Shown here one piece after another: positions 30,230 through 39,818 of a DNA stretch of 64,000 bases. This DNA comes from an uncultured Actinomycetes bacterium (GTDB lineage Bacteria > Actinomycetota > UBA4738 > JBBDTT01): positions 307,317 to 371,316 of the forward strand of contig CAVUMN010000003.1 of the NCBI GenBank assembly GCA_963742735.1, read 5' to 3'. The position numbers and the translations under genes are program-made. Each line of letters opens with the position of its first letter. The first letter of the stretch is position 1. The notes beneath the pieces are model-generated. The model did no database searches and was not told the DNA's origin. It worked only from the letters and a program-made list of their open reading frames with translations.

Positions 30230-33079
30230 ATGTCCCAGGTTGCTCGCATGCCACGGCCCAGGCGGCGATGGCCCGTCATCGCGATCTCCGGTGGTGTCGG
30301 AGCCCTGATCGTCCTCGGCGGCCTGTCGGGCTTCTACACCAACCTCCTGTGGTTCAGGGAGGACGCGAAGCTCTCGTCCGTCTTCTGGGGGGTGTTCTGG
30401 TCCAAGGCCGTGCTGATCGCCGTCTTCGGCGCGGTGTTCTTCGCGCTGCTCTACGCGAACCTGCTGATCGTCAAGCGCTTCGCCCCCCGCTACCGCCTCT
30501 TCTCGCCCGAACAGGAGGTCGTCGACCGGTTCAAGGGGCAGATCGATCCGTACATGAATTGGTTGCTCCCGGGCGTGTCGCTGCTGTTCGCCGCGTTCGC
30601 CGCGCTCGGGGTCACCGGCCTGTGGGAGCGGTTCCTGCTGTGGCGCCACGGCGGGGAGGTCGCGTTCGGGCAGATCGACCCCCTGTTCGGTCGCGATCTC
30701 GGGTTCTACGTCTTCAAGCTGCCGTTCCAGCACTTCGTGCAGAGCTGGCTGTTCTCGTCGCTGGTCGTGATCACCATCGTCACCGCGGTCGCCTACTACC
30801 TGTGGGGCGGCATCCGGTTCCAGGCGATCGGCGAGAAGGTCACGCCGACGGTCAAGGCCCACCTATCGGTACTCCTGGGAATCATCGTGCTCGTCAAGGC
30901 TTGGGGATACCGGCTGGGGCAGTTCGACCTGCTCACCTCCGAGCGAGGGGTGGTGACGGGCGCGTCCTATACCGACGTCAAGGCTCAGCTGCCGGCCCTT
31001 CGCATCCTGGTCCCGATCGCGATCGTGTGCGCCGTGCTGTTCCTGGTGAACATCAGGTTCCGTGGCTGGGCCCTGCCCGCCATCGGGATCGGGCTTCTGG
31101 GGCTGACCTCGATCATCGCCGGCGGCGCGTACCCGGCCTTCGTCCAGAACTTCCAGGTCAAGCCGCAGGAGCTGCAGCGGGAGTCCGAGTACATTGATCG
31201 AAACCTGGAGTTCACCAACCGCGCCTACGGGCTGGACGGGATCAAGACCAGCCCGTTCCAGGTCGACGAGGACCTCACGGCCCAGGAGGTGCAGGACAAC
31301 CCCGCCACGATCAGCAACATCCGGCTGTGGGATCCGCTCACGCTCCAGCGCGGGTTCCGCCAGCTCCAGCAGATCAAGCCCTACTACACGTTCGACGACG
31401 TCGACGTGGACCGGTACACGCTCGAGAACGGGCAGCGCCGGGTGGTCATGGTCTCCGGCCGGGAGATCCAGCAGTCGGGGGTGCCCGCCGCGAACCAGTC
31501 GTGGCAGAACCTGCACCTGTTCTACACGCACGGGTACGGATACGTGGCCAGCCGGGTCGACCGGGTGACGTCCGAGGGGCAGCCCGACTTCGTGGTGAAG
31601 GACATCCCTCCGGCCTCGGTCCCCAGCGAGGACTTCGAGGTGACCGAGCCCCCCGGACCGAGGATCTACTTCGGCGAGCACGACGACGAGGAGTTCGTCG
31701 TGGCCCGCACCGGGCAGGAGGAGTTCGACCGGCCGGAGGGCACCGGACAGGGCGAGGATGCCACCGTCGTCTACGAGGGCGACGGGGGCGTCGAGGTCGG
31801 TGGGTTCTTCCGGAAGCTCGCCCTGGCGTGGAGGTTCCGCGACGTGAACCTGCTGATCTCGGGCCTGATCAAGCCGGACTCCAAGATCATGTACCACCGC
31901 ACCATCCGGGACCGGGTCGAGAAGGTCGCGCCCTTCCTGAAGTTCGACCACGACCCCTACATGGCGGTGGTCGACGGCCGGCTCACCTGGATCTGGGACG
32001 CTTACACCCACTCCAACGAGTACCCGTACTCACAGCGCCTGGAGCTGCAGAACGTGTCCGACCTCGAGGGTGAGGTCAACTACCTTCGCAACTCCGTGAA
32101 GGTGACGATCGACGCCTACGACGGGACGTTGCGGTTCTACGTGATCGACCCGACGGATCCGGTCATCCAGGCGTGGCAGGCCGCCTTCCCGGACCTGTTC
32201 ACCCCGGACGAAGAGGTCAGCCCGAACCTGCGGGAGCACTTCCGCTACCCCGAGGACCTGTTCAAGATCCAGGCCGCGCAGTACGCGCAGTACCACGTGC
32301 AGAGCGCGACCGACTTCTACTCCGGCCGCGACTTCTGGGCCCTGCCTCAGGATCCCGACCCGACGAAGACGAACGCCGAGACCCTCGACCCCTACTACGT
32401 GCTCATGCGGCTCCCGGGGGAGGAGCAAGAGGAGTTCGTGCTGTTCATCCCGTTCACCCCCAACGACCGCCCGAACATGATCGCCTGGTTCGCCGCCAAG
32501 TCCGACCCCGAGGGCTACGGGGAGCTCACCGCGTTCGACTTCCAGGCGGGCCAGAGCATCGACGGCCCGAAGCAGGTGTTCCAGCGGATCAACGCCGACA
32601 CGGAGGTGTCGCGGGAGCGGACGCTGCTCGGGCAGAGCGGCTCCAACGTCCTCTTCGGGAACCTCCTGACGATCCCCATCGAGAACTCGTTCCTGTACGT
32701 CCAGCCGATGTACATCGAGGCCAGTTCGAGCTCGGACCAGCAGGGCGCCATCCCGGAGCTCAAGCGGGTCATCCTCGTCCACGGAGAGACGGTGACCATC
32801 GCCGAGACGCTGCAGGAGGCCCTCGAGGCGTCGTTCGGCGAGGGCGGCGAGGAGCCTCCGCCGGAGGAGCCGGGTGTCGACCAGACGATCCAAGAGCTCC
32901 TCCAGGAGGCTCTGCAGCACTTCCGCAACGCCGAGCAGGCCCTGCGTGACGGCGACCTGGCCGAGTACCAGACCGAGCTGGCCGCGGCCCGCGCCGCGGT
33001 CGAGGAGGCCGCGCAGCGCTCCGCGGAGGCCTCGGGCGAGGAGCCGGCGCCCACCCCGACCGCTTCCCCGAGCGGCTGA
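30230..33079 (+). CDS. UPF0182 family large transmembrane protein
   Basis: 949 aa, N-terminal about 7 TM then large soluble domain; characteristic UPF0182 N-terminus ...SGFYTNLLWFREDAKLSSVFWG. Confidence 0.85.
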   Translation: MSQVARMPRPRRRWPVIAISGGVGALIVLGGLSGFYTNLLWFREDAKLSSVFWGVFWSKAVLIAVFGAVFFALLYANLLIVKRFAPRYRLFSPEQEVVDRFKGQIDPYMNWLLPGVSLLFAAFAALGVTGLWERFLLWRHGGEVAFGQIDPLFGRDLGFYVFKLPFQHFVQSWLFSSLVVITIVTAVAYYLWGGIRFQAIGEKVTPTVKAHLSVLLGIIVLVKAWGYRLGQFDLLTSERGVVTGASYTDVKAQLPALRILVPIAIVCAVLFLVNIRFRGWALPAIGIGLLGLTSIIAGGAYPAFVQNFQVKPQELQRESEYIDRNLEFTNRAYGLDGIKTSPFQVDEDLTAQEVQDNPATISNIRLWDPLTLQRGFRQLQQIKPYYTFDDVDVDRYTLENGQRRVVMVSGREIQQSGVPAANQSWQNLHLFYTHGYGYVASRVDRVTSEGQPDFVVKDIPPASVPSEDFEVTEPPGPRIYFGEHDDEEFVVARTGQEEFDRPEGTGQGEDATVVYEGDGGVEVGGFFRKLALAWRFRDVNLLISGLIKPDSKIMYHRTIRDRVEKVAPFLKFDHDPYMAVVDGRLTWIWDAYTHSNEYPYSQRLELQNVSDLEGEVNYLRNSVKVTIDAYDGTLRFYVIDPTDPVIQAWQAAFPDLFTPDEEVSPNLREHFRYPEDLFKIQAAQYAQYHVQSATDFYSGRDFWALPQDPDPTKTNAETLDPYYVLMRLPGEEQEEFVLFIPFTPNDRPNMIAWFAAKSDPEGYGELTAFDFQAGQSIDGPKQVFQRINADTEVSRERTLLGQSGSNVLFGNLLTIPIENSFLYVQPMYIEASSSSDQQGAIPELKRVILVHGETVTIAETLQEALEASFGEGGEEPPPEEPGVDQTIQELLQEALQHFRNAEQALRDGDLAEYQTELAAARAAVEEAAQRSAEASGEEPAPTPTASPSG

Positions 33080-33090
33080 TAGACTCGCTC

Positions 33091-33164
33091 TGCGGGGTGG
33101 AGCAGTCAGGTAGCTCGCTGGGCTCATAACCCAGAGGTCACAGGTTCAAATCCTGTCCCCGCGA
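33091..33164 (+). tRNA. tRNA-Met (anticodon CAT), initiator-like (three G:C pairs in anticodon stem)
   Basis: Cloverleaf read by eye: D-arm GAGC/GCTC, anticodon stem CTGGG/CCCAG loop CTCATAA, T-arm ACAGG-TTCAAAT-CCTGT, acceptor CCCCGCG; near-identical to E. coli tRNA-fMet; ends +/-1. Confidence 0.85.
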
Positions 33165-33168
33165 CAAA
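33123..33168 (+). repeat. attL: 46-bp direct repeat (3' half of tRNA-Met + 4 nt)
   Basis: CTCATAACCCAGAGGTCACAGGTTCAAATCCTGTCCCCGCGACAAA identical at 33123-33168 and 42476-42521. Confidence 0.85.
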
Positions 33169-33248
33169 GGAAACCGCAGGTCAGAGCGCCTGCGAGCGGA
33201 TAGCCGGCCCTCGGAGACCACGGTCCCGGGGGCCGATCTGCAAACAGA

Positions 33249-33887
33249 TTGCAAACGAGGCGGGGAGCGGTGGAGATCTGGGAGCTTTTGGGCGCGCTCC
33301 TGGTGGGGTTCATCCTCGGGGCATACGAACGCGGCCGAACGCTCGAAATCGCCGTGGCGGTCCAGAAGCTCGAGCGGCAACAACAGGCTCTACTCCGGGC
33401 CCGCGAGAGGCTTAGGGAGCTACTCGCCACCTTTGGCCGCGACGCCCAATCGGATCCGCGATTCGGACTGAAGGGACAGCCGGATCGAGAATGGCTAGCA
33501 GCCAAGGATGCCCAACTCGCCCGGCTAAGGGAGTGGTGGAGGGGCTGGGTCGATGAGACGGAGCTGGCCGTTTATGACGACCAACTGCTGGCCCGAGTGC
33601 ATGGAGTCATGGGAGAAGGCAGGGCGCGTCGTCGCTACCCGCTTCTCTGGGAAGCCCAGGATTCCCTCGCGCTCTATTCGCTCAAGCCTGATGTGGTCTC
33701 TGCCTCGCTGGCCAATCGACACCTTGAGTTGGCGATGATCGCGCTTGGATACATCGAGGATTTCGTCAAACAGGCGATCCGAAGGATGGAGCCTCCAAGC
33801 CGCAGAGGGGGGCTGGCCTCCGCGCTGATGCTCTGGACACGGCGAGCGTGGCGACGCCTTGATACGTGGCTTAGCTCCTCCCGCTGA
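33249..33887 (+). CDS. hypothetical protein (element-encoded, N-terminal TM)
   Basis: 212-aa ORF between attL and int; N-terminal hydrophobic helix. Confidence 0.4.
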   Translation: MQTRRGAVEIWELLGALLVGFILGAYERGRTLEIAVAVQKLERQQQALLRARERLRELLATFGRDAQSDPRFGLKGQPDREWLAAKDAQLARLREWWRGWVDETELAVYDDQLLARVHGVMGEGRARRRYPLLWEAQDSLALYSLKPDVVSASLANRHLELAMIALGYIEDFVKQAIRRMEPPSRRGGLASALMLWTRRAWRRLDTWLSSSR

Positions 33888-33902
33888 CGCCAGTCGTCCG
33901 AC

Positions 33903-35132
33903 CTACGCCTCGAGGATCATCGTGGCAACTCGGTTGGCTGCCTCCTCCTGAAGTCCCGCGATCGCGTGCGAGTACGTGTCCAGCGTGATGGAGACCGTCG
34001 CATGGCCGAGGCGCTCGCTTACGACCTTGGGATGAACGCCGGCGGCGAGGGCTGCCGTCGCGTAGGAGTGGCGCAGGTCGTGGAGTCTGATCCGGGGGAG
34101 CCCCGCGCCGCGAGCGTGACGGAGGAACTGATCGGCGAACGCCTCCGGGTGGATCAGGGAACCGTCCTCGCGGGTGAACACAAGGCCCGAGTCCTGCCAC
34201 GCCGGGCCCCATGCCATCCGCTCCTCAAGCTGGCGCTTGCGGTGCTCCCGCAGGCCGGCGACGGTGGCGGGGTCGAGGGCGAGCTGGCGGCGGCCCTTGC
34301 TGGTCTTGGGCTCTGAGGTCGCGGGCTTGCCGTCCACAACCACGAGCGTCTGTGTGATGGCCGTGCGGCCCGCGTCAAGGTCCACGTCCTGCCAGCGCAG
34401 CCCAAGGGCCTCGCCCCGGCGCATGCCGGTTGTGGCCAGCAGCAGCCACGCCCCGTAAAGCCGATCCTCCCGAACGTGGCCGAGGAACTGGCGCAGCTCG
34501 GGCGGAGCCCAGACGTTCATCTGGCGGCGTCCAACGCGGGGAGGGTCCGCAACCTCTGCGACGTTGCGAGTCACGCGCCCCCAGCGGAGCGCGTCCGAGA
34601 GCGCCTTGTGGATCACAACGTGAATGTTCCGGGCGGTCTTGGGGGAGAGGCCCTGGCCGTCGCGGCGTCCGTTGGCGAGCAGCCGGCCGTAGAACCCGTT
34701 GAGCGCGGCGGGGGAGAGCTTCTGCAAGGGCAGCGCACCCAGGGCCGGCACAACGTGCTTGTTGATATTCACGCGGTAGCTGGCCAGCGTGGTGGCCCGG
34801 ACGGTGGACTCGATCGCGGGCAGCCACTCCTCGAGGAGAAACTGCCCGAACGTGACCCGGCTCGGGGGGATGTACGTCCCGCGGTTCAGGCGGCCGAGGA
34901 TCTCGGGGAGCTCCTGCTGCGCCTCCCGCCGAGTCGGGAATCCGCCGTGCCATTGCTGGCGGCGCTCGTCCCGATCGGGGAGCAAGGCGGCTCCGCAGCG
35001 GGCGCAGTCATCGCGCCGGCCGTCCGCCGTCCAGTACCGGGTGCGGCAGGCAGGGCAGGACCGGGCGGGCTGGCGGCCCACGTCCACCACCACGGCCCAG
35101 GTGCTTCCGCGCTTCCGAACGTGACCCCTCAT
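33903..35132 (-). CDS. int: tyrosine-type site-specific integrase
   Basis: C-terminal catalytic RLHDLRHSYAT...HPKVVSERLGHATVSITLDTYSH (R..HxxR..Y); N-terminal arm-binding domain with CPACR...CARCG zinc ribbon; start Met44 of ORF computed at 35132. Confidence 0.9.
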   Translation of the reverse strand: MRGHVRKRGSTWAVVVDVGRQPARSCPACRTRYWTADGRRDDCARCGAALLPDRDERRQQWHGGFPTRREAQQELPEILGRLNRGTYIPPSRVTFGQFLLEEWLPAIESTVRATTLASYRVNINKHVVPALGALPLQKLSPAALNGFYGRLLANGRRDGQGLSPKTARNIHVVIHKALSDALRWGRVTRNVAEVADPPRVGRRQMNVWAPPELRQFLGHVREDRLYGAWLLLATTGMRRGEALGLRWQDVDLDAGRTAITQTLVVVDGKPATSEPKTSKGRRQLALDPATVAGLREHRKRQLEERMAWGPAWQDSGLVFTREDGSLIHPEAFADQFLRHARGAGLPRIRLHDLRHSYATAALAAGVHPKVVSERLGHATVSITLDTYSHAIAGLQEEAANRVATMILEA

Positions 35133-35770
35133 GACTTTGCCTTTCGCTTGCGGCCGGGCTTTGACCCGGCGGCCCTTCCGCGGCTCGTGGGGGGGAGCAG
35201 GCCCATTGCTCGGGCCCGTGCCACCCACTTGGCTGCGGCTGATTTGCTGACGTGGCCCCACTCCGCGACCCGGGCCGTTGGGTTCTTGAGGCCCGCCTTG
35301 AACGCTTCGGAGTAGACCCGGGCCACCTCGCGGAAGTGATCCGAGCCCAACGCGGGCGGCCGTCCAGGCTTGTTGCGGCGTGGGGTAGCGGCGAGGGCCC
35401 GCAAGGGCTTATCGGCGGCGAGCTGCTCTTGCCCGCTGCCGTGCTCGGAAACGTCGAGCAGATGCTCCGCGTACAACTCGAGCCGCTTGTCGATCAGCTC
35501 GGCGAGGGGCAGCTCGCGCTTGGTCGTCGCGGTCAGCCGGCGGAGGTCGCGGTCAGGGTGCCCCTTTGGCCTGCCATCCCGATCTGTATCGAAGGATCGA
35601 AGATCCAGCCCGACGCACTCCATCCGGCCATCGAGCTCGGCGAACCAGAGCGTTACGACCCACGGCCCCTTCCCGGGGTGCGGCCACAGGAACGAATCGC
35701 GCAGCCTGGGCACCTTGCTCATGCGTCGGGCCCGCTGGCTGTGGTACTCGAAGGTGCCCTCCTCGTTCAC
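35129..35770 (-). CDS. hypothetical protein upstream of and overlapping int (213 aa)
   Basis: 4-nt overlap with int start suggests co-transcription; no recognisable family. Confidence 0.5.
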   Translation of the reverse strand: MNEEGTFEYHSQRARRMSKVPRLRDSFLWPHPGKGPWVVTLWFAELDGRMECVGLDLRSFDTDRDGRPKGHPDRDLRRLTATTKRELPLAELIDKRLELYAEHLLDVSEHGSGQEQLAADKPLRALAATPRRNKPGRPPALGSDHFREVARVYSEAFKAGLKNPTARVAEWGHVSKSAAAKWVARARAMGLLPPTSRGRAAGSKPGRKRKAKS

Positions 35771-35790
35771 CCCCGCAGTCTATCCCGAGC

Positions 35791-35873
35791 GGGAACGCTT
35801 AGGCAACACGTTCCCTGAATATCCCCCTTGTTTGTGCTCGGAATTAGGGGTAAGGCGTTGTCAGAGCGTTCCC
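35791..35873. promoter_or_regulatory. divergent promoter/operator region with GGGAACG / CGTTCCC inverted repeats
   Basis: GGGAACGcttaggcaacaCGTTCCC at 35791-35815 and another CGTTCCC at 35867-35873 between divergent hypothetical/int and XRE genes. Confidence 0.4.
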
Positions 35874-35894
35874 TAACCCCTACCGTGCCGAGGC

Positions 35895-36122
35895 ATGGAC
35901 GACGAACTGATGCAGGTGTCGAGGGCTCGGGCTCTGGTGAGCAGCGGGGCCGCTCGCTCGGTGCGGTTGGGCGCACGTCTCTCACTCTGGGAGCTGGCAG
36001 GGCAGATCGGATGCGCGCCCTCCACGGTCCTCCGGTGGGAACGGGGCGATCGCATTCCGCGGGGCGGCCTGGCTGTGCGCTACGTCGAAGCCCTGGACAC
36101 GCTGATGAAGGCCGCCCAGTGA
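35895..36122 (+). CDS. XRE-family (Cro/CI-type) HTH transcriptional regulator
   Basis: LSLWELAGQIGCAPSTVLRWERGDRIP typical HTH_XRE. Confidence 0.8.
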   Translation: MDDELMQVSRARALVSSGAARSVRLGARLSLWELAGQIGCAPSTVLRWERGDRIPRGGLAVRYVEALDTLMKAAQ

Positions 36123-36340
36123 AGGCTCTCGAGGACTACCCCCTGGTGATGCGGCCCGAGGAGGTCGCCGAGGCCCTTCGCTGCGGGCGGTCCTCGGTCT
36201 ATGAAGCCATCCGCCGGGGGGACATTCGAGCAGTGCGCCTTGGCCGTCGCGTGCTGGTTCCCAGGGCCGCGCTGGAGGAGCTTCTGGGTATCCAGGGAGC
36301 GGCGCAGCCGGCTTCGGTTTCCGAGGAGAGTGGGGCATGA
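36119..36340 (+). CDS. xis: excisionase/AlpA-family HTH DNA-binding protein
   Basis: GTGA overlap with XRE gene; LVMRPEEVAEALRCGRSSVYEAIRRGDIRAVRLGRRVLV is excisionase-family HTH. Confidence 0.7.
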   Translation: MKALEDYPLVMRPEEVAEALRCGRSSVYEAIRRGDIRAVRLGRRVLVPRAALEELLGIQGAAQPASVSEESGA

Positions 36341-36720
36341 CGGAGCCGGGCGACGTGCTCGCCGAGGTCATCAGCTTCCGCCGGGCCGCTCGGGCCATCG
36401 TCCGCGACGCATCGCTGGACAGGCACCAGAAGTACGCAGCCCTGATGCGACTGGCGATCCTCGCCCGTACCGAGGCTGCATTCCCGCGAGCGGCGCAGGG
36501 AGTCGTCGCTGATGAGGCGATCCCGCTACTGCATCCCGGGATGCATCCGGCACCGATCGACCCGGCAGAGCGGGAAGCGCGGCGACTTCGCGCCCAAGGC
36601 TACGGGAGCTGCCCGACGTGCCTCCGGTCGCTTCCCACGAACGCCGAGCTTGACCGGTGGAGGCGGCTGGCGGAGGACGCTGCGATGCGAGCGGCTCGCC
36701 GGGAGGCTCTGGTTCCGTGA
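36337..36720 (+). CDS. hypothetical protein (127 aa)
   Basis: ATGA overlap with xis-like gene; C-terminal CPTC motif. Confidence 0.5.
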   Translation: MTEPGDVLAEVISFRRAARAIVRDASLDRHQKYAALMRLAILARTEAAFPRAAQGVVADEAIPLLHPGMHPAPIDPAEREARRLRAQGYGSCPTCLRSLPTNAELDRWRRLAEDAAMRAARREALVP

Positions 36721-38012
36721 GCTCCACCGAAACCGAGCTGCTCGACCGGGTGAAATCGAACCTGCCCCCGGCCGTGCTCCCTGCCCCCGAGGGCTGGCCA
36801 CGGCTGGACCCGGCCGCCCGGTACGGGCTGGCGGGCGAGTTCGTCGCAACCGTTGAGCCACACACGGAGGCGGACGCGGTTGGGCTGCTGGTGGACTTCC
36901 TCACCGCGTTCGGCTCCGCCGTTGGCCCTGGCCCTCACGTCGAGGCAGACGGCGCTCGCCATGCCGGCGCACTGTTCGCCCTCCTGGTGGGCAACACAAG
37001 CCGGGCTCGGAAGGGAACTGCCCGGAAGCAGGTCGCTCGGTTCTTCGAGGGGGCGGATGCGGCCTGGGCGACGGGATGCGTCAAGGGCGGCCTGGCGTCG
37101 GGCGAGGGACTGGTGGCCGCGCTCCAGGATCCGCCAGAGGGCGAGGGCCGGCGAGACCCCCGCCTGCTTCTGGTTGAGGAGGAGTTCGCCCGCCTCTTGG
37201 CCGCTGCCGGGCGTGAGGGCTCAACGCTGAGCCACGTTGCACGCCAAGCCTGGGATGGCGGCCCGATCGCGGTGCTCACCCGCAAGGACCCGCTGAGCGC
37301 TTCGCCGAGTCACGTCTCGCTGATTGGCCACGTCACCGAGGAGGAGCTGCGCCGGCGACTGAGCTCGACCGAGGCCGCGAACGGGTTCGGCAACCGTTTC
37401 CTGATCGTCTTGGTACGGCGCTCAAAGCTGCTGCCGAGCGGGGGCCGGCCTGCCGAGGGGGACTTTGTTCGCCTGGTTCGCTTTATTCGCAACCGGTTGG
37501 AGGACGCCAGGAGACACACGCTGATCCAGCGCTCTCCCGATGCGGAGGGGTTGTGGGCGGACCTGTATCGAAGGATGGCCGCCGAGGATGAGCCCGGGAT
37601 GGTGGGCGCACTTCTCGCCCGTGACTCCGCCCAGCTCCTCCGCCTTTCTCTGGTGTACGCGCTTACCGATGCCTCTCCGACGATCGAGGTCCCGCACCTA
37701 GAAGCGGCTTGGGCCCTGTGGCAGTACTCGGCGGAATCGGTGCGGCACATCTTCGGGACCGTGCTGGGGGACGAGACCGCCGATCGGCTGTACGCGGCGA
37801 TCCTGGAGATGGGGGCAAAGGGCCTCGATGGAAAGGGGCAGCACGCCGCGTACGGCCGGCATGTTGACGGGGCGGAACTCGACCGGGCCCGGGCCGAGCT
37901 TGAGGAGCGCGGCCTGATCGTGACGCTCAACGTGGACACGGGTGGCCGGCCCCGCCTGGTCTCCTACGCGAAAGAAGCGAATAAAGCGAAAGAAGGTCCC
38001 CGTGGCCCGTGA
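36717..38012 (+). CDS. large element-encoded protein, possibly DUF3987-like (replication-associated?)
   Basis: GTG start overlapping previous stop (GTGA); 431 aa; family assignment by weak recollection only. Confidence 0.5.
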   Translation: MSSTETELLDRVKSNLPPAVLPAPEGWPRLDPAARYGLAGEFVATVEPHTEADAVGLLVDFLTAFGSAVGPGPHVEADGARHAGALFALLVGNTSRARKGTARKQVARFFEGADAAWATGCVKGGLASGEGLVAALQDPPEGEGRRDPRLLLVEEEFARLLAAAGREGSTLSHVARQAWDGGPIAVLTRKDPLSASPSHVSLIGHVTEEELRRRLSSTEAANGFGNRFLIVLVRRSKLLPSGGRPAEGDFVRLVRFIRNRLEDARRHTLIQRSPDAEGLWADLYRRMAAEDEPGMVGALLARDSAQLLRLSLVYALTDASPTIEVPHLEAAWALWQYSAESVRHIFGTVLGDETADRLYAAILEMGAKGLDGKGQHAAYGRHVDGAELDRARAELEERGLIVTLNVDTGGRPRLVSYAKEANKAKEGPRGP

Positions 38013-38436
38013 GGCTGACATTGCCGAGTTCGAGGCAGCGCTAGAGCGCGGCGTGGTGGAGTTCGCAGAGCTTGCCGCCCAGGGCGACTGGGGGCGTGCT
38101 GAGACACAGCTCGGCGTGGTGTTTGGAATCGCCTGGCTCGTGAGCGCGTACGCCGATCGTGCGTGAGAGCTCCCAGGCCAAGGGCCGGCGCTACCTACCC
38201 GAGGGCCCGGCGGTATGTCCGAACGGCGGGGCCCGGCGGTATTCGAGAATCCGGGCGCTTCAAGCGCTACGACCTGCCCGTTTTCGGGCCTGCCCAGGAA
38301 TGAGCGACCAGGGATTCTGGATCGGAGTGGCAAGCGAGGCGGCGGAGGATGCCGAGCAGCGTTGAGGAAGTCAAGGCGGGCGCTTCTTGCCAGGTGCACC
38401 GGAACCATTGACATGTCTCGCGGCAGAGGCGTACAA

Positions 38437-38886
38437 ATGAGCTTGGTGAAAAGCGCTCTGGCAGGCGGAAAGAGATCGATCCTCGTTGCCGCTTTCTTGC
38501 TCGCGGTCGTCGGCTTTGCGGCAGTGCTAACTGCTAGCGGGGGGGCGGAGGACTCGTCGGGCCTCGACTGCCCCGATGGATTTCGTAACACAGCGGTCTT
38601 CGAGCAAGGGGCTGAGTACGCCCCGTCGCCGGAAGATTCCGTGATGCGGACTGAAATACTTACGCAGCTGTTTGACCTACCACCGCAGGAGCGCCGCATG
38701 GGTACTGGCGGATCCGCTCGAGGCGGTATCGTCCGCTCAGACAACCGAGGCAGGCCGGACCGGGCTTCCTTTCAAGTCTTCCTGGACTCAAAGCCGCGTG
38801 CTTTGGTGACTTCAGTTCTCGTGGAGCCTGGCAAATGGCGTGTTACCACCGTTGAGTACTGCCCAAGCGCGGGTTCCTCCGACTGA
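38437..38886 (+). CDS. secreted hypothetical protein (signal peptide), low-GC cargo
   Basis: MSLVKSALAGGKRSILVAAFLLAVVGFAAVLTASGG signal/TM; local GC clearly lower than flanks. Confidence 0.5.
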   Translation: MSLVKSALAGGKRSILVAAFLLAVVGFAAVLTASGGAEDSSGLDCPDGFRNTAVFEQGAEYAPSPEDSVMRTEILTQLFDLPPQERRMGTGGSARGGIVRSDNRGRPDRASFQVFLDSKPRALVTSVLVEPGKWRVTTVEYCPSAGSSD

Positions 38887-39670
38887 CATGAACCCCAACA
38901 TCGCCCCGCTTGATGCGAATGGCAAACGAGTGTGGCGGGGCCTTGAAGGACTTACCGTATTTGCGTGGGCGATCCTTCTGGCCTTTGGCCCCGTCACGAT
39001 GGCCTATGCCCATTCAGTAGATCAATTCTGGGGTCCCGAGTGGGCAAACCAGGATAGGGGAACAAGCAAGCAGCATTTTTCGGTGACCGAAGAGGTCCCC
39101 GGAACGACGTCTTCCGCGACTTGGCCCCTGCGCGTCTACCAAGGGTCAGTAAGGTGGAACAACGTAGACATCGTCGATCCGGACATGTCATTCGGCGTAA
39201 AAGCCGCCATCGTCGCCAACTACAGCCCTTACAATCATTGCGGCTCGGACTACTTCTTTGAGAACGGCATGCACTACCGTGATGTCGCCGGGGACTCTTT
39301 GGCCGTGACGATCGTTTGCACCCAGAACACGATTTGGGGAGACCAGATTCGCAACTACCAAATGGTCTTCGACCCCAATGCCACTACGTGGTACACCGGA
39401 TCGGACCCCGATGCGGTGCCGTCCGGCTCAATGGATTTGATATACGTCGCTTCTCACGAGTTCGGCCACGCCGCTGGTGGCTGGAGCGATGACACTCCTG
39501 GCGGTCACTATGACTCGGCCAACAACAGCTTACTTTGCGGCATAGGTGTACCGGTGATAGATAGGCACACGATGTGCGCTTCAGCGACAGCCGGGCGGAC
39601 GCTTGACTCGAGGGCGCTCGAGTATCACGACGTCGACGTTTTCATCGAGGTCTACGATTTCGGCGGTTAG
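38887..39670 (+). CDS. secreted HExxH zinc metallopeptidase-like protein (metzincin-like)
   Basis: ATG directly after upstream TGA; N-terminal TM/signal (LTVFAWAILLAFGPVTMAYA); LIYVASHEFGHAAGGW motif; low GC. Confidence 0.6.
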
Positions 39671-39818
39671 GCTGAGGTTCAGCGCTTCGGGGGATCCCGG
39701 CGAGTGCGGGTCGGACGCCACGCTGACGGCCAGGTAACGAATGACAGATCGTCGGGGATCCGGGCAGCAGCGCGTTACTCGCCCGCCTGAAGACCAGCCG
39801 AATGTAGCCGCCGAGCCT

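Noticed and set aside
33091-33164. Odd acceptor stem (U1 opposite G72) in the tRNA
   Set aside because: Probably my hand-folding or an end offset of 1 nt. The gene is otherwise a textbook initiator-type tRNA-Met.
38408-38436. TTGACA-18 bp-TACAAA promoter-like hexamers upstream of the secreted cargo gene
   Set aside because: The -10 element overlaps the proposed ATG, so either the start or the promoter call is wrong. This is too speculative to list as a feature.
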